A stretch of DNA of 64,000 bases, taken from assembly GCA_045133915.1 (NCBI GenBank), contig JBGUUX010000100.1, positions 69-64,068 of the forward strand, written 5' to 3'. The notes beneath the pieces were generated by a model that saw only the letters and a list, made by a program, of their open reading frames with translations, searched no databases and was not told the origin of the DNA. Numbering within the stretch: the stretch's first letter is position 1; every line of letters begins with the position of its first letter. Of this stretch, positions 36,376-45,642 are shown one piece after another. The position numbers were made by a program, and so were the translations under genes. Source of the DNA: Eubacteriales bacterium. GTDB taxonomy: Bacteria > Bacillota > Clostridia > Oscillospirales > CAG-272.

Positions 36376-36720
36376 ATGATGCAACAAACATTAATAGAAT
36401 GGCTCAATAAAAATGTTGATGCCGGAAGCGCCCTTGTATATAGTCTGATAGCATTTTTTGCATGGTTTATATTCTGGAAACTGCTTTTAGGTAGGGCATT
36501 TGAAAAATGCAATTATAATTCTTTTGGATATGCACTGTTTGAATTGGGCGCAGGTGGAACATTTTTGGTGATAATTTTTATATTATTTATCACTGTTTTA
36601 TTTGTAACCTCATTCCAGGCAGTATTTGCATACGGATTAAAAATGATATTTACGCTTTCATTATTTTGGGGAATAATAATTGCATTTGCTATTTTTCTTA
36701 TACGGCATATAAAAAAATAA
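36376..36720 (+). CDS. Prophage-encoded membrane protein (about 114 aa, 3-4 TM helices) between repressor and integrase
   Basis: The ORF opens at 36304 (GTG); ATG at 36376 is preferred. The hydrophobic segments are ALVYSLIAFFAWFIFWKLLL, GAGGTFLVIIFILFITVLFV and LSLFWGIIIAFAIFLI. Confidence 0.6.
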   Translation: MMQQTLIEWLNKNVDAGSALVYSLIAFFAWFIFWKLLLGRAFEKCNYNSFGYALFELGAGGTFLVIIFILFITVLFVTSFQAVFAYGLKMIFTLSLFWGIIIAFAIFLIRHIKK

Positions 36721-36732
36721 AGGAGGAGGTCA

Positions 36733-38400
36733 ATGTATAATCCATACGAACAACTAAATTTTAGTCCCGATGAGATCCTCGTATATCTGAGGAAATCGAG
36801 AACTGACGATCCGTTGATGACGGTTGAGGAAGTCCTTGCAAAGCACGAGACCATCCTCAATGAATGGGGAGAGAGAAATCTGTCAGCTCCCATCCCCGAA
36901 GAGCAAAAATACAGAGAGGTTGTATCGGGTGAAACCATAGCAGACCGCCCGGAAATACAAAAGCTCCTCAGACTTATTGAATCTCCCAAGATAAAAGCGA
37001 TCCTCACCGTAGAGGTACAGAGGCTCTCAAGAGGAGACCTTGAGGATGCAGGCAGACTTATAAAGCTGCTTCGCTACACCAACACCCTTGTCATCACTCC
37101 GCAGAAAATATACGATCTCCGTGACGAGTATGACCGAGACTCCTTTGAGCGAGAACTTAAGAGAGGCAACGAGTTCCTCGAATATCAGAAGAAAATAATG
37201 AACCGAGGCAGACTTCTCTCTGTATCGCAAGGCAATTATATAGGCTCTGTACCGCCTTTCGGATATGATAAGGTATTTGTAACCGAAGGTAAAAGAAAAT
37301 GCCCCATACTCGTTATAAACGAGTCAGAGGCACAAGCAGTACGGATGATATTCGATATGTACGTCAATCAGGACATGGGCAGAGTAAACATAGCACACCG
37401 TCTGAACGATTTAGGCATCAAACCACGAAAAGCAAAACTGTGGGGACAAGATGGCATCAAGAAAATTCTTGAGAACCAACACTATACAGGCAAGGTTATT
37501 TGGGATTTCAGAAAAACCGTCACCGTAATCGAGGAAGGCGAGGTATTAAAAACGAGACCGGTTGCCAAGATGGGAGAATATCTTATTTACAACGGAAAGC
37601 ACGAAGCTATTATCTCCGAGGAGCTATTCAACAAGGCAAGGGAGAAGAAAGGCAGAAACCACAGAGCCAAGCCAACCACCAAGGTCAGAAACCCCTTCGC
37701 AAGCCTGCTGTACTGTCAGTGCGGCAGAGCGATGTCATTAAGGACCTACAAGAAAGAAGGTAAACTGCCAAGGCTGATGTGCGATGATCAAGTACATTGT
37801 CATACAGGCTCCTGCACCTATGAGGAGTTTGAGACAATGATAATCAACATATTAAAGCAGTGCATAGAGGACTTTGAAATTCGGATAAAGAATGACAACG
37901 GTGACTCAATAAAAATGCACGAGAAGCTGCTGAAAACCCTTGAGAAGAAAATACAGGACCTTGAAGCCAAGGAACTGTCACAATGGGAGCAGCAGTCTCA
38001 CCCCGACCCTGCACAGAGGATGCCTCCCGAAATCTTCAAGAGGCTGAACGAAAAGCTCCTGAAGGAAAAGGACGAGGTCAAGGAAGCGATGTGCAATGCC
38101 CGGAAGTCAATGCCTGAACGCATCGACTATCAGGAGAAGCTCTACAAATTTCAAGAAGCCTTGGATGCCCTGCAAGATCCCGACAGACCTGCAGCAGAAA
38201 AGAACAGACTTCTCAAAGACTGCATCGAAAGAATTGACTATAACCGAGAAGCACCCGAATTAATAAAGAACCCCGAAAAGAAAACCTATAAGAACGGCAG
38301 AGAGGACGGCAAAGGCAGAAGGCTTAAACCCAACCCTCTGAAATCAGGTGCCACTTGGACCAAGCCACCTATAGAACTTGATGTGAAACTGAAGGTGTAA
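36733..38400 (+). CDS. Large serine recombinase (prophage integrase, 555 aa)
   Basis: The N-terminal resolvase-type catalytic domain reads VYLRKSRTDD...VSGETIADRPEIQKLL...VQRLSRGD. It is followed by a recombinase domain, a Zn-ribbon (CQCG...C.DQVHCHTGSC) and a C-terminal coiled coil. Confidence 0.9.
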   Translation: MYNPYEQLNFSPDEILVYLRKSRTDDPLMTVEEVLAKHETILNEWGERNLSAPIPEEQKYREVVSGETIADRPEIQKLLRLIESPKIKAILTVEVQRLSRGDLEDAGRLIKLLRYTNTLVITPQKIYDLRDEYDRDSFERELKRGNEFLEYQKKIMNRGRLLSVSQGNYIGSVPPFGYDKVFVTEGKRKCPILVINESEAQAVRMIFDMYVNQDMGRVNIAHRLNDLGIKPRKAKLWGQDGIKKILENQHYTGKVIWDFRKTVTVIEEGEVLKTRPVAKMGEYLIYNGKHEAIISEELFNKAREKKGRNHRAKPTTKVRNPFASLLYCQCGRAMSLRTYKKEGKLPRLMCDDQVHCHTGSCTYEEFETMIINILKQCIEDFEIRIKNDNGDSIKMHEKLLKTLEKKIQDLEAKELSQWEQQSHPDPAQRMPPEIFKRLNEKLLKEKDEVKEAMCNARKSMPERIDYQEKLYKFQEALDALQDPDRPAAEKNRLLKDCIERIDYNREAPELIKNPEKKTYKNGREDGKGRRLKPNPLKSGATWTKPPIELDVKLKV

Positions 38401-38404
38401 TTTT

Positions 38405-38438
38405 TTTGCACCTATCAGTTCCATCAATAGTGTGCGTA
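38405..38438. other. Prophage-host junction (attR/attL) with an imperfect dyad
   Basis: GCACCTAT (38408-38415), N11, ATAGTGTGC (38427-38435). It lies between the integrase stop (38400) and the last cotJC-homologous codons (GCA CAC at 38435-38430). Confidence 0.5.
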
Positions 38439-38633
38439 TTCTTCGGTAGCAATATCCCGAAGGAGATTTGCTACCCTGTTGTCAGACATGGCGTAGCTCT
38501 GAGAAAAATATCGAAGGGATGCACCAAGCTCGCCGTCGGGACCGCCGTACTGACTGGAAATGACCTTAGCGGCTCTTGCATCGGGGGTCTTGATGTTCAC
38601 GGGGAACTGTAATCTCTTTTCATACTCCCACAT
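38424..38633 (-). pseudogene. cotJC: 5' fragment of cotJC (Mn-catalase-family spore coat protein), truncated by the prophage
   Basis: MWEYEKRLQFPVNIKTPDARAAKVISSQYGGPDGELGASLRYFSQSYAMSDNRVANLLRDIATEEYAHY, then stop. This matches the N-terminus of CotJC up to TEE(F/Y)AH. Full-length proteins are about 190 aa. Confidence 0.8.
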
Positions 38634-38887
38634 CAGTTCATTCCTCCTTTCCAGGCGCTGTTGTTTACCCAGCGCCAACAGTCGGTGTCCTCGGCGTCAT
38701 ATCCGCCTAAGGGGGAGATCTCCTCGTTGTGACGGCAGACTAACTCCTTGCGCTTTGCGGCATATTCGTTAAAAAGAGCCTTTGCCTCGGCGCAGTCGGG
38801 GTGTGTGTCTATAAAGAGTCTCAGCTCATCCATACAGAAGCTGACACATTGCAGTTCTCTCATTATCTCGTCTCTCATCGGCGGCAT
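38633..38887 (-). CDS. cotJB: Spore coat protein CotJB
   Basis: ELQCVSFCMDELRLFIDTHPDCAEAKALFNEY matches the CotJB signature (L.LYLDTHP). Confidence 0.8.
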   Translation of the reverse strand: MPPMRDEIMRELQCVSFCMDELRLFIDTHPDCAEAKALFNEYAAKRKELVCRHNEEISPLGGYDAEDTDCWRWVNNSAWKGGMN

Positions 38888-39102
38888 CCTCCCATACAGT
38901 AAGGCTTGTTAAGGTCGGCAAAGAGCGTTCCCTTATCTAACGCCTCGCAGCATCTGTAGACGTTTTTATACTCCTGTACCGGAACATACGCCATAGCAAG
39001 AGACACGGGCTGTGAAGTACAAACACAGTACTCGGCATCCTCCCGTGGCATAGGTCTGGGACAGGGACGGACTCTCGGGGTATATCTGTTGTATCTATCC
39101 AT
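38875..39102 (-). CDS. cotJA: Spore coat-associated protein CotJA
   Basis: LAMAYVPVQEYKNVY...ALDKGTLFADLNKPY matches the CotJA signature. Confidence 0.75.
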   Translation of the reverse strand: MDRYNRYTPRVRPCPRPMPREDAEYCVCTSQPVSLAMAYVPVQEYKNVYRCCEALDKGTLFADLNKPYCMGGCRR

Positions 39103-39159
39103 TATTTCTCTCCGTGATTTATTGCAGCCGCGGCTGCTAATATCAGTATATGAGATCGG

Positions 39160-39189
39160 TTGACATAGGTGAAAACGATGTGGTATAAT
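39160..39189 (+). promoter_or_regulatory. Promoter of the fic-mod-res operon
   Basis: TTGACA (39160-39165), an 18-nt spacer ending in TGG, then TATAAT (39184-39189). Confidence 0.6.
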
Positions 39190-39229
39190 AGATGTATAGT
39201 TTCATATACCCTTATTTGGAGGTACAAGA

Positions 39230-39835
39230 ATGGCACTTGAAAATAAACTTGGTATCACAAGCTCTCCGGAGCTTGCGGAAGCAGAGGAACGTATCAGCAA
39301 GAAAAAGGCAGCAGAGCTGTTTGAAAACGGCTTACTTGACAGATCAGAGGCCGGTACGTTTGCGTCGCTGAAGGCCATTCATAAATACCTATTTGAGGAT
39401 ATTTACGACTTTGCGGGTGAGCTTCGCACCGTGAATATTGCCAAGGGTAATTTTCGCTTTGCGCCCTTAATGTATATTGAAGCGGCACTTGCCAATATCG
39501 ACAAGATGCCTCAGTCCACCTTTGACGAGATCGTGGAAAAGTACGTGGAAATGAACATCGCCCATCCCTTCCGCGAGGGTAACGGCAGAAGTATGCGCAT
39601 CTGGCTGGATTGCATATTTAAAAAGGAGATCGGCAAGGTGGTCGATTGGAGCAAGGTGGATAAAGAGGACTATCTGCTTGCAATGGAACGCAGTCCTATT
39701 AAGGATATCGAGATTAAGCATATCCTGAAAAACGCCCTGACTGACGATATCCATAGCCGCGAAGTTTATATGAAGGGTATCGACCACAGCTACTACTACG
39801 AGGGTTATACGACTTTCAAAACGGAAGAGTTGTAA
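39230..39835 (+). CDS. fic: Fic-family protein (AMPylase type), class III with a C-terminal inhibitory helix
   Basis: The active-site motif is HPFREGNGRSMR. The C-terminal SYYYEG fits the (S/T)xxxE(G/N) auto-inhibition motif. Start context: GGAGG, 7 nt, ATG. Confidence 0.85.
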   Translation: MALENKLGITSSPELAEAEERISKKKAAELFENGLLDRSEAGTFASLKAIHKYLFEDIYDFAGELRTVNIAKGNFRFAPLMYIEAALANIDKMPQSTFDEIVEKYVEMNIAHPFREGNGRSMRIWLDCIFKKEIGKVVDWSKVDKEDYLLAMERSPIKDIEIKHILKNALTDDIHSREVYMKGIDHSYYYEGYTTFKTEEL

Positions 39836-39849
39836 AGGAGTTATAAGTT

Positions 39850-41748
39850 ATGAATTTTTTTGATGCTGTTGTAACCGTCTTAAAACAAGACGAAAGATTT
39901 TTTACTGCAGAGGACGAATTGCTCCGCAATTCCGTCTATGAAGCTGCTATGAAAATGGACGCCGACCTCTTGAAGATGCTCTATAATAATGAAGTTACCA
40001 GAGAACGCTTCTTTAACGACATTGACGGCATTTCCGTTTTTGATAAAGTCGGTTTCGGCTGGGTAATCAATAATCGGGAGTTTCTGCCGGACTCATACAC
40101 TCGCTATAAGAATAAAATCGGTCTGACGAACAGCAACGGAGATTATATATCTACATCGAACGATGTTGAACTCGTTTTCCCGTACAAAGATTGTGTCCTT
40201 GAGGGCGGTCAGACAAAGGAAGACCAGAAGCGCAGCGAAATCTTCTATAATGAAACACTTGCTCCCGATGAAGTGGATAGACTTCTTTATCCAAAAGTGC
40301 TAACGAACGCCAAAAGATATACGGCTGATGGCATTACCATAGCCGACAGTATATCCAATGCAGATAATTTGATTATCAAAGGCAACAACTTATTATCTAT
40401 TGCTTCTCTGTTACGCTCTTTCGAACATCGCATTTCGTGCATTTGTATCGACCCACCTTATAACACAACGGGTAGTGGCTTTGAATACAACGATAGTTTC
40501 AATCATTCAACGTGGCTTACTTTTATGAAAACACGTTTGGAGATTTCGCAAAAATTACTTGCTACCAATGGCACAATCTTCATTTTCTGTGATGATTGCG
40601 AACAAGCATATTTGCGTGTTCTTATGGACGACATTTTTGGCAGAGATAAATATATTCAGACAGTTGTATGGAGAAATTGCGACAATAGCAATAATGATGC
40701 GAAACAATTTTCACAAGACCACAATTACATCTTGGTTTATTCAAATAATCCGAATTGGGAAAGTCTGAAACTCGATAGAACCGAGGGACAAGCCAAACAT
40801 TACAAAAATCCCAACAACGACCCTCGTGGTCCGTGGTTTGATGGAAACCCCGTAAATTCTCCCAATCCGCGTGAAAATCTTAAATATACGCTTGTTGCAC
40901 CAAACGGGAATATTATTCAACCGCCTGCTAATGGTTGGAGATGGGATAAAAAAGAAATGCAAAGACGAATGGAAACAGGCGAAATTCGTTTCAACGAGCA
41001 GAATACCAATATTATCAGACGCACATACTTGTTGGAGCAGAAAGGACTTCCGCCTTCAAGTTTGTGGGATATTTGTGAAGAAGATGCTCAATGGTTGGAT
41101 ATTAAAGAAACGGGACATACCAGACAGGCGAAATATGAGCAAAAGAAGTTGTTCCCTGGAATGCCTACAAGTGAATTGTTCAAAACGCCTAAACCCGAAA
41201 GAGTAATACAAAAGATACTTCAAATTGCCACCATAGAAAATGATGTTGTTTTGGATTTCTTTGGTGGAAGTGGAACTACGGCAGCCGTTGCGCACAAAAT
41301 GGGGCGGCAATATATTCTTTGCGAACAAATGGATTATATTAAAGACTTCATTATCGAACGCATAAAAAAGGTTATCGATGGTGAAAAAGGCGGTATTTCC
41401 GTTGAGCAAAAGTGGAATGGCGGAGGATCTTTTGTCTATTGCGAACTTGCCAGCTTAAACCAAAAGTATGTCGATGATATTCAGACGGCTACAACCGATG
41501 CCGACATTGTTACCATCTGGCACGAAATGCTGAAAACGGGCTTCATCAGCTGCAAGGTCAATCCGAAAGATATTGATATGGAAGATGTTGCCTTTACGGA
41601 ATTATCTCTTGACGACAAAAAGCGTTTCCTTATGGAACTGCTCGACAAGAACCAGTTGTATGTAAATTATTGCGATATGGAAGATGAAACTTTTGCCGTG
41701 TCCGAAGCAGACAAGGCATTTACAAAGAGTTTCTATGGGGAGATGTAA
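39850..41748 (+). CDS. mod: Type III restriction-modification methyltransferase (Mod, beta-class N6/N4)
   Basis: Motif IV CIDPPYNT comes before motif I FFGGSGTTAAVA, the beta-class order. Confidence 0.85.
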   Translation: MNFFDAVVTVLKQDERFFTAEDELLRNSVYEAAMKMDADLLKMLYNNEVTRERFFNDIDGISVFDKVGFGWVINNREFLPDSYTRYKNKIGLTNSNGDYISTSNDVELVFPYKDCVLEGGQTKEDQKRSEIFYNETLAPDEVDRLLYPKVLTNAKRYTADGITIADSISNADNLIIKGNNLLSIASLLRSFEHRISCICIDPPYNTTGSGFEYNDSFNHSTWLTFMKTRLEISQKLLATNGTIFIFCDDCEQAYLRVLMDDIFGRDKYIQTVVWRNCDNSNNDAKQFSQDHNYILVYSNNPNWESLKLDRTEGQAKHYKNPNNDPRGPWFDGNPVNSPNPRENLKYTLVAPNGNIIQPPANGWRWDKKEMQRRMETGEIRFNEQNTNIIRRTYLLEQKGLPPSSLWDICEEDAQWLDIKETGHTRQAKYEQKKLFPGMPTSELFKTPKPERVIQKILQIATIENDVVLDFFGGSGTTAAVAHKMGRQYILCEQMDYIKDFIIERIKKVIDGEKGGISVEQKWNGGGSFVYCELASLNQKYVDDIQTATTDADIVTIWHEMLKTGFISCKVNPKDIDMEDVAFTELSLDDKKRFLMELLDKNQLYVNYCDMEDETFAVSEADKAFTKSFYGEM

Positions 41749-41750
41749 TT

Positions 41751-44348
41751 ATGCCGTTCCTTTATGAACAACTTGATACATTGCGTAATTTCGGCAGTTA
41801 CACCGAAATACCACCGTACATACAAGAAAATATAAGTCCGCGCTTTGAGTTAAGACCGTATCAGATAGGCGCGTTTGAAAACTTCATAACCTACTTTGAA
41901 AACGAAAAGATGTGTCACAAGCCGACGCAAACGCTGTTCCACATGGCAACAGGTTCGGGTAAAACGATGATAATGGCAGGGCTGATGCTGTACCTCTATA
42001 AAAAGGGGTATCGCAACTTTCTGTTCTTCGTAAATCTCTCGAACATCGTCAATAAGACGAGGGACAACTTCTTGAACGCGCTTTCAAGTAAGTACCTTTT
42101 CGCTGACGAAGTACGTTTATCCGGGGAGCGCGTGCCGATAAAGGAAGTTACTAACTTCCAATACGCAGACGAGAACGCAATCAACATCTGCTTCACTACT
42201 ACGCAAGGGCTTCACTCTGATATGTGGTCGGCAAAGGAAAACGCCATATCCTATGAAGATTTTGAGGGTAAAAAGGTCGTTCTTATCTCCGATGAAGCGC
42301 ATCATCTGAACGTAGATACAAAGACGCTTGAGAAAAACAAGGACGAGCTGGCTAATTATCACAGTTGGGAATATACGGTTCGCCGCATCTTTGAAACGAA
42401 CAAGGAAAATGTGCTGTTAGAATTCACGGCTACTTGTGACATTCATAATCCGCAGATACGTGCTGAATATGAAAGTAAAATCGTTTATGACTATCCGCTT
42501 TCCAAGTTCAGAGCAGACGGCTACTCGAAAGAGATTAAGACGCTGCGCTCCGATGTGACGATTATGGAAAGAGCAATTCAAGCGATAATGTTAAGTCAGT
42601 ACCGTTTGAAAGTGTTTCAAGATAAACGCTTGTCAGTAAAGCCCGTTGTGTTGTTCAAGGCTGCCAAAATTGCAGACAGTAACGAGTTTATGGAAGCGTT
42701 TATTGATACGATTAGCAATTTGACGGGTAACGAACTGCGTAGAATCTCCGAACTGACGGATAACGAAACGCTGGGTGAAGCATACGCATACTTTGAAAAG
42801 AACGGTATCAGCTTCGACCAGTTGGCACAAGAATTGCGCGAAGATTTTTCGGCAGAACATTGTATCTCGGCGAACGATGATAAAGAAGCAGCAGCGAAGC
42901 AGATAGCGTTAAACTCTCTGGAAGATGCTTCAAATCCGTACCGTGCCGTGTTCGAGGTCAAGAAGTTGGACGAGGGCTGGGATGTTCTCAATCTGTTTGA
43001 TATTGTCCGTTTGTACGAAACGCGACAGTCTGGCGGTAAGAAGATTTCCCCTGCAACCGTTTCAGAAGCGCAGTTAATAGGTCGTGGCGCACGTTATTGT
43101 CCGTTCCAGATTGATGATGAACAGGAGAAGTACAAGAGAAAGTACGATACGGACATTGATAATCCGCTTCGTATCTGTGAAGAACTGTATTACCATTGTC
43201 AGAACGACAGCCGTTATATTGGCGAACTTAATAACGCGTTGCGTGAAATTGGTGTTGATATTGAGAACCAGACTGTCCGCACCTATGTACTGAAAGACAG
43301 TTTCAAGTCTGATGCTCTCTACCGTGAGGGACTTGTCTTTACAAATGACCGAGTAGAGAAAAGCAGAAAAGATGTTGATGGGCTGCTCCCGTCCGTCCGC
43401 GAACACATTTACACAGTTAAGCTCGCAACGGGCAGTTCTGGCGAAGATACGCTTTTCGGTGTTGGCAACGCATTAACAGAAAGACAGACAGCAACCTACG
43501 TTTATCGTACTTCCATCGGCGAAATTGCCGAAATGAATTATGCAATCGTTCATAAGGCGTTGTGTAAATATAATGTTCTCAAGTTTAACACCTTGAAAAG
43601 TTACTTCCCGAACCTTAAATCAACAAGGGAGTTTATAACGAGTGAGAACTATATGGGCGGTATCAAGGTCGAAATTACATCGAAGTATGAAAAGCCTGCG
43701 CCGTACATTCTTTTCACCGCTTGCGCGAACGTACTTGAAAAAGTGGCTGCGTCTGTATCTGCTATCGAAGTGACCTATGAGGGTACAACCGAGTTTAAAC
43801 CTAAACGCATCTACGAAATGTTCAAGGACAAGAAATGTAACTACACCATTCTGCATGACGGCGGCGTTGGTTACTCTCAAAACGATATGACCGTTCCGAG
43901 CAGTTGGAAAATCGACTTGTCAAAAGAAGATTGGTTTGCGTTTGAAGATAACTTTGGTACAAGCGAAGAAAAGGCATTTGTCGCTTACTTCAAAGGATTC
44001 GTACCGATGTTAAAAGCAAAGTATGATAAGGTGTTCCTTGTTAGAAATGAACGCCAACTTCACATCTATTCTTTTGACGGTGGAGAACGCTTTGAACCCG
44101 ACTATCTGTTATTCTTGCATAAGAATAATAGCGACGGTTACGAGCAACTGCAAGTGTTCATCGAACCGAAAGGTACACACCTTGTCGAAAACGATAAATG
44201 GAAAGAAGACTTCCTACTTGAAATTGAAGACAAGGCGATTGCAACGAAAATCTTTGTTGATGATAATAAGTACAGAATCTGGGGATTCCACTTTTTCAAC
44301 ACCGATGTTCGTATGAGCGATTTTGCAGAAGATATGAGCAGATTATAA
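41751..44348 (+). CDS. res: Type III restriction enzyme Res subunit (DEAH helicase-nuclease)
   Basis: Motifs MATGSGKTMIMAG and LISDEAHHLN. 865 aa. Starts 3 nt after the mod stop. Confidence 0.85.
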   Translation: MPFLYEQLDTLRNFGSYTEIPPYIQENISPRFELRPYQIGAFENFITYFENEKMCHKPTQTLFHMATGSGKTMIMAGLMLYLYKKGYRNFLFFVNLSNIVNKTRDNFLNALSSKYLFADEVRLSGERVPIKEVTNFQYADENAINICFTTTQGLHSDMWSAKENAISYEDFEGKKVVLISDEAHHLNVDTKTLEKNKDELANYHSWEYTVRRIFETNKENVLLEFTATCDIHNPQIRAEYESKIVYDYPLSKFRADGYSKEIKTLRSDVTIMERAIQAIMLSQYRLKVFQDKRLSVKPVVLFKAAKIADSNEFMEAFIDTISNLTGNELRRISELTDNETLGEAYAYFEKNGISFDQLAQELREDFSAEHCISANDDKEAAAKQIALNSLEDASNPYRAVFEVKKLDEGWDVLNLFDIVRLYETRQSGGKKISPATVSEAQLIGRGARYCPFQIDDEQEKYKRKYDTDIDNPLRICEELYYHCQNDSRYIGELNNALREIGVDIENQTVRTYVLKDSFKSDALYREGLVFTNDRVEKSRKDVDGLLPSVREHIYTVKLATGSSGEDTLFGVGNALTERQTATYVYRTSIGEIAEMNYAIVHKALCKYNVLKFNTLKSYFPNLKSTREFITSENYMGGIKVEITSKYEKPAPYILFTACANVLEKVAASVSAIEVTYEGTTEFKPKRIYEMFKDKKCNYTILHDGGVGYSQNDMTVPSSWKIDLSKEDWFAFEDNFGTSEEKAFVAYFKGFVPMLKAKYDKVFLVRNERQLHIYSFDGGERFEPDYLLFLHKNNSDGYEQLQVFIEPKGTHLVENDKWKEDFLLEIEDKAIATKIFVDDNKYRIWGFHFFNTDVRMSDFAEDMSRL

Positions 44349-44353
44349 TTTTA

Positions 44354-44392
44354 AAACCAGGCACGAGATTTGATTTCTCGTGCCTGGTTTTA
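44354..44392 (+). terminator. Intrinsic terminator after res
   Basis: ACCAGGCACGAGA (44356-44368), a 7-nt loop, TCTCGTGCCTGGT (44376-44388), then TTTTAT. Confidence 0.7.
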
Positions 44393-44611
44393 TGTACGTT
44401 GCTTTTCCTTGGAAACAGCTTGTCCTATCGTGAATTTCGAAAAAATAGTGTAATTTAGGGTCAAGTTGTTCTTAGGTGATTGCAGGTATGCCATTTTTGC
44501 GAAAAGGTTCAAAGTGCCGAAAGCCCGGTAATATCAAGGATTTTCAGGCCCTCGGGAAAGTAGATTGTGCTTACAAGTTCGTTGCATCTCCCGTCATACC
44601 ATTAAACAGAG

Positions 44612-44640
44612 TTGACAGTGAATTAAATACAGGTTATAAT
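44612..44640 (+). promoter_or_regulatory. Promoter upstream of add
   Basis: TTGACA (44612-44617), a 17-nt spacer, TATAAT (44635-44640). It is followed by a leader of about 115 nt containing the palindrome GGGAGGATAATATCCTCCC. Confidence 0.55.
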
Positions 44641-44760
44641 AACAAGTACAAAACACGATGACATTTGAGAAAGCCTCAGATTTTCAACATTATTCCCGTT
44701 TCGGGAGGATAATATCCTCCCCTACGATCATACCGATGATATCTGTTACAAAAGGTTAAT

Positions 44761-45642
44761 ATGAACAAATACATTGATCTCCACCTGCACCTTGACGGTT
44801 CGCTGTCAGAGCAAAGCGTAAAAGAGCTTTGCCGTATGCAGGATATAAAAATCCCCGACAATTTAATAAGCTTACTGAAATGTCCCGAGGACTGCCGTGA
44901 TCTAAACGAATATCTGCGTTGCTTTGAGTTTCCCTTGACACTTCTGCAGAGCGAGGACGCTATAACCTATGCGGTAGAAAGGCTGTGCCATGAAACAGAT
45001 TACCGCTACTGCGAGATACGCTTTGCTCCGCAGCTTCATACCCGTACGGGATTGACCCAAAAACAGGTCATTGAAGCGGCTGTCAAGGGGTTAGGTAAAA
45101 ACTACCGCCTGATACTCTGTTGTATGCGGGGCGGTAACAATGAAGAAACGGTAAGGTATGCCTCCGACTTTTTAGGTCGTGGTGTAGTGGCTCTTGACCT
45201 TGCGGGAGCAGAAGCCCTCTACCCTACCCGTGACTATAAGCACCTTTTTGAAATGGCGGCAAAAGAAAATATCCCCTACACCATCCACGCAGGAGAAGCC
45301 GACGGCCCCGAAAGCATACGGGATGCTGTAAATATGGGGGCTTCGCGCATCGGTCACGGAGTACGTGCCATAGAGGATGAGTCGGTAATGAAGCTTTTGG
45401 CTGACCGAAAGATCCCCCTTGAAATGTGCCCTACAAGCAATCTGAACACCCGAGTTATAACCGATATACGTGATTATCCCATCAAAAAATATCTGGATAT
45501 GGGTATCGTCGTCACCGTAAACTCGGACAATATGAGTGTGTCAAACACCGACGTCAAAAAGGAGCTTAAGCTGATAAAAGATAGCTTTGGCATTGACGAG
45601 GATATACTGCTTATTAATGCAGAAAAATCGGCGTTTAAATAA
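44761..45642 (+). CDS. add: Adenosine deaminase
   Basis: The metal-binding start is IDLHLHLDGSLS, followed by ...HAGE...SDN.... Confidence 0.8.
   Translation: MNKYIDLHLHLDGSLSEQSVKELCRMQDIKIPDNLISLLKCPEDCRDLNEYLRCFEFPLTLLQSEDAITYAVERLCHETDYRYCEIRFAPQLHTRTGLTQKQVIEAAVKGLGKNYRLILCCMRGGNNEETVRYASDFLGRGVVALDLAGAEALYPTRDYKHLFEMAAKENIPYTIHAGEADGPESIRDAVNMGASRIGHGVRAIEDESVMKLLADRKIPLEMCPTSNLNTRVITDIRDYPIKKYLDMGIVVTVNSDNMSVSNTDVKKELKLIKDSFGIDEDILLINAEKSAFK

Larger units (their letters stand above)
1..38426. mobile_element. Prophage (right end in the window; left end beyond position 1) integrated into cotJC
   Basis: A contiguous phage gene set runs from the serine integrase (36733-38400) to a tail-fibre-like gene at the window edge. 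The right boundary is set by the truncation point of cotJC at about 38424-38432. Confidence 0.85.

Noticed and set aside
36513-37007. 164-aa minus-strand ORF overlapping the membrane-protein and integrase genes
   Set aside because: It is antisense to two well-supported plus-strand genes, has no RBS, and gives a low-quality Ser/Ile/Phe-rich translation.
44641-44760. Possible purine (adenine) riboswitch in the ~115-nt leader of add
   Set aside because: The conserved purine-riboswitch core (paired loops with UAUAAU...GGAUAUGG...CCGUAAAU-type segments) is not present. Only a 19-bp palindrome (GGGAGGATAATATCCTCCC) without a U-tail is seen. Its role is unknown.
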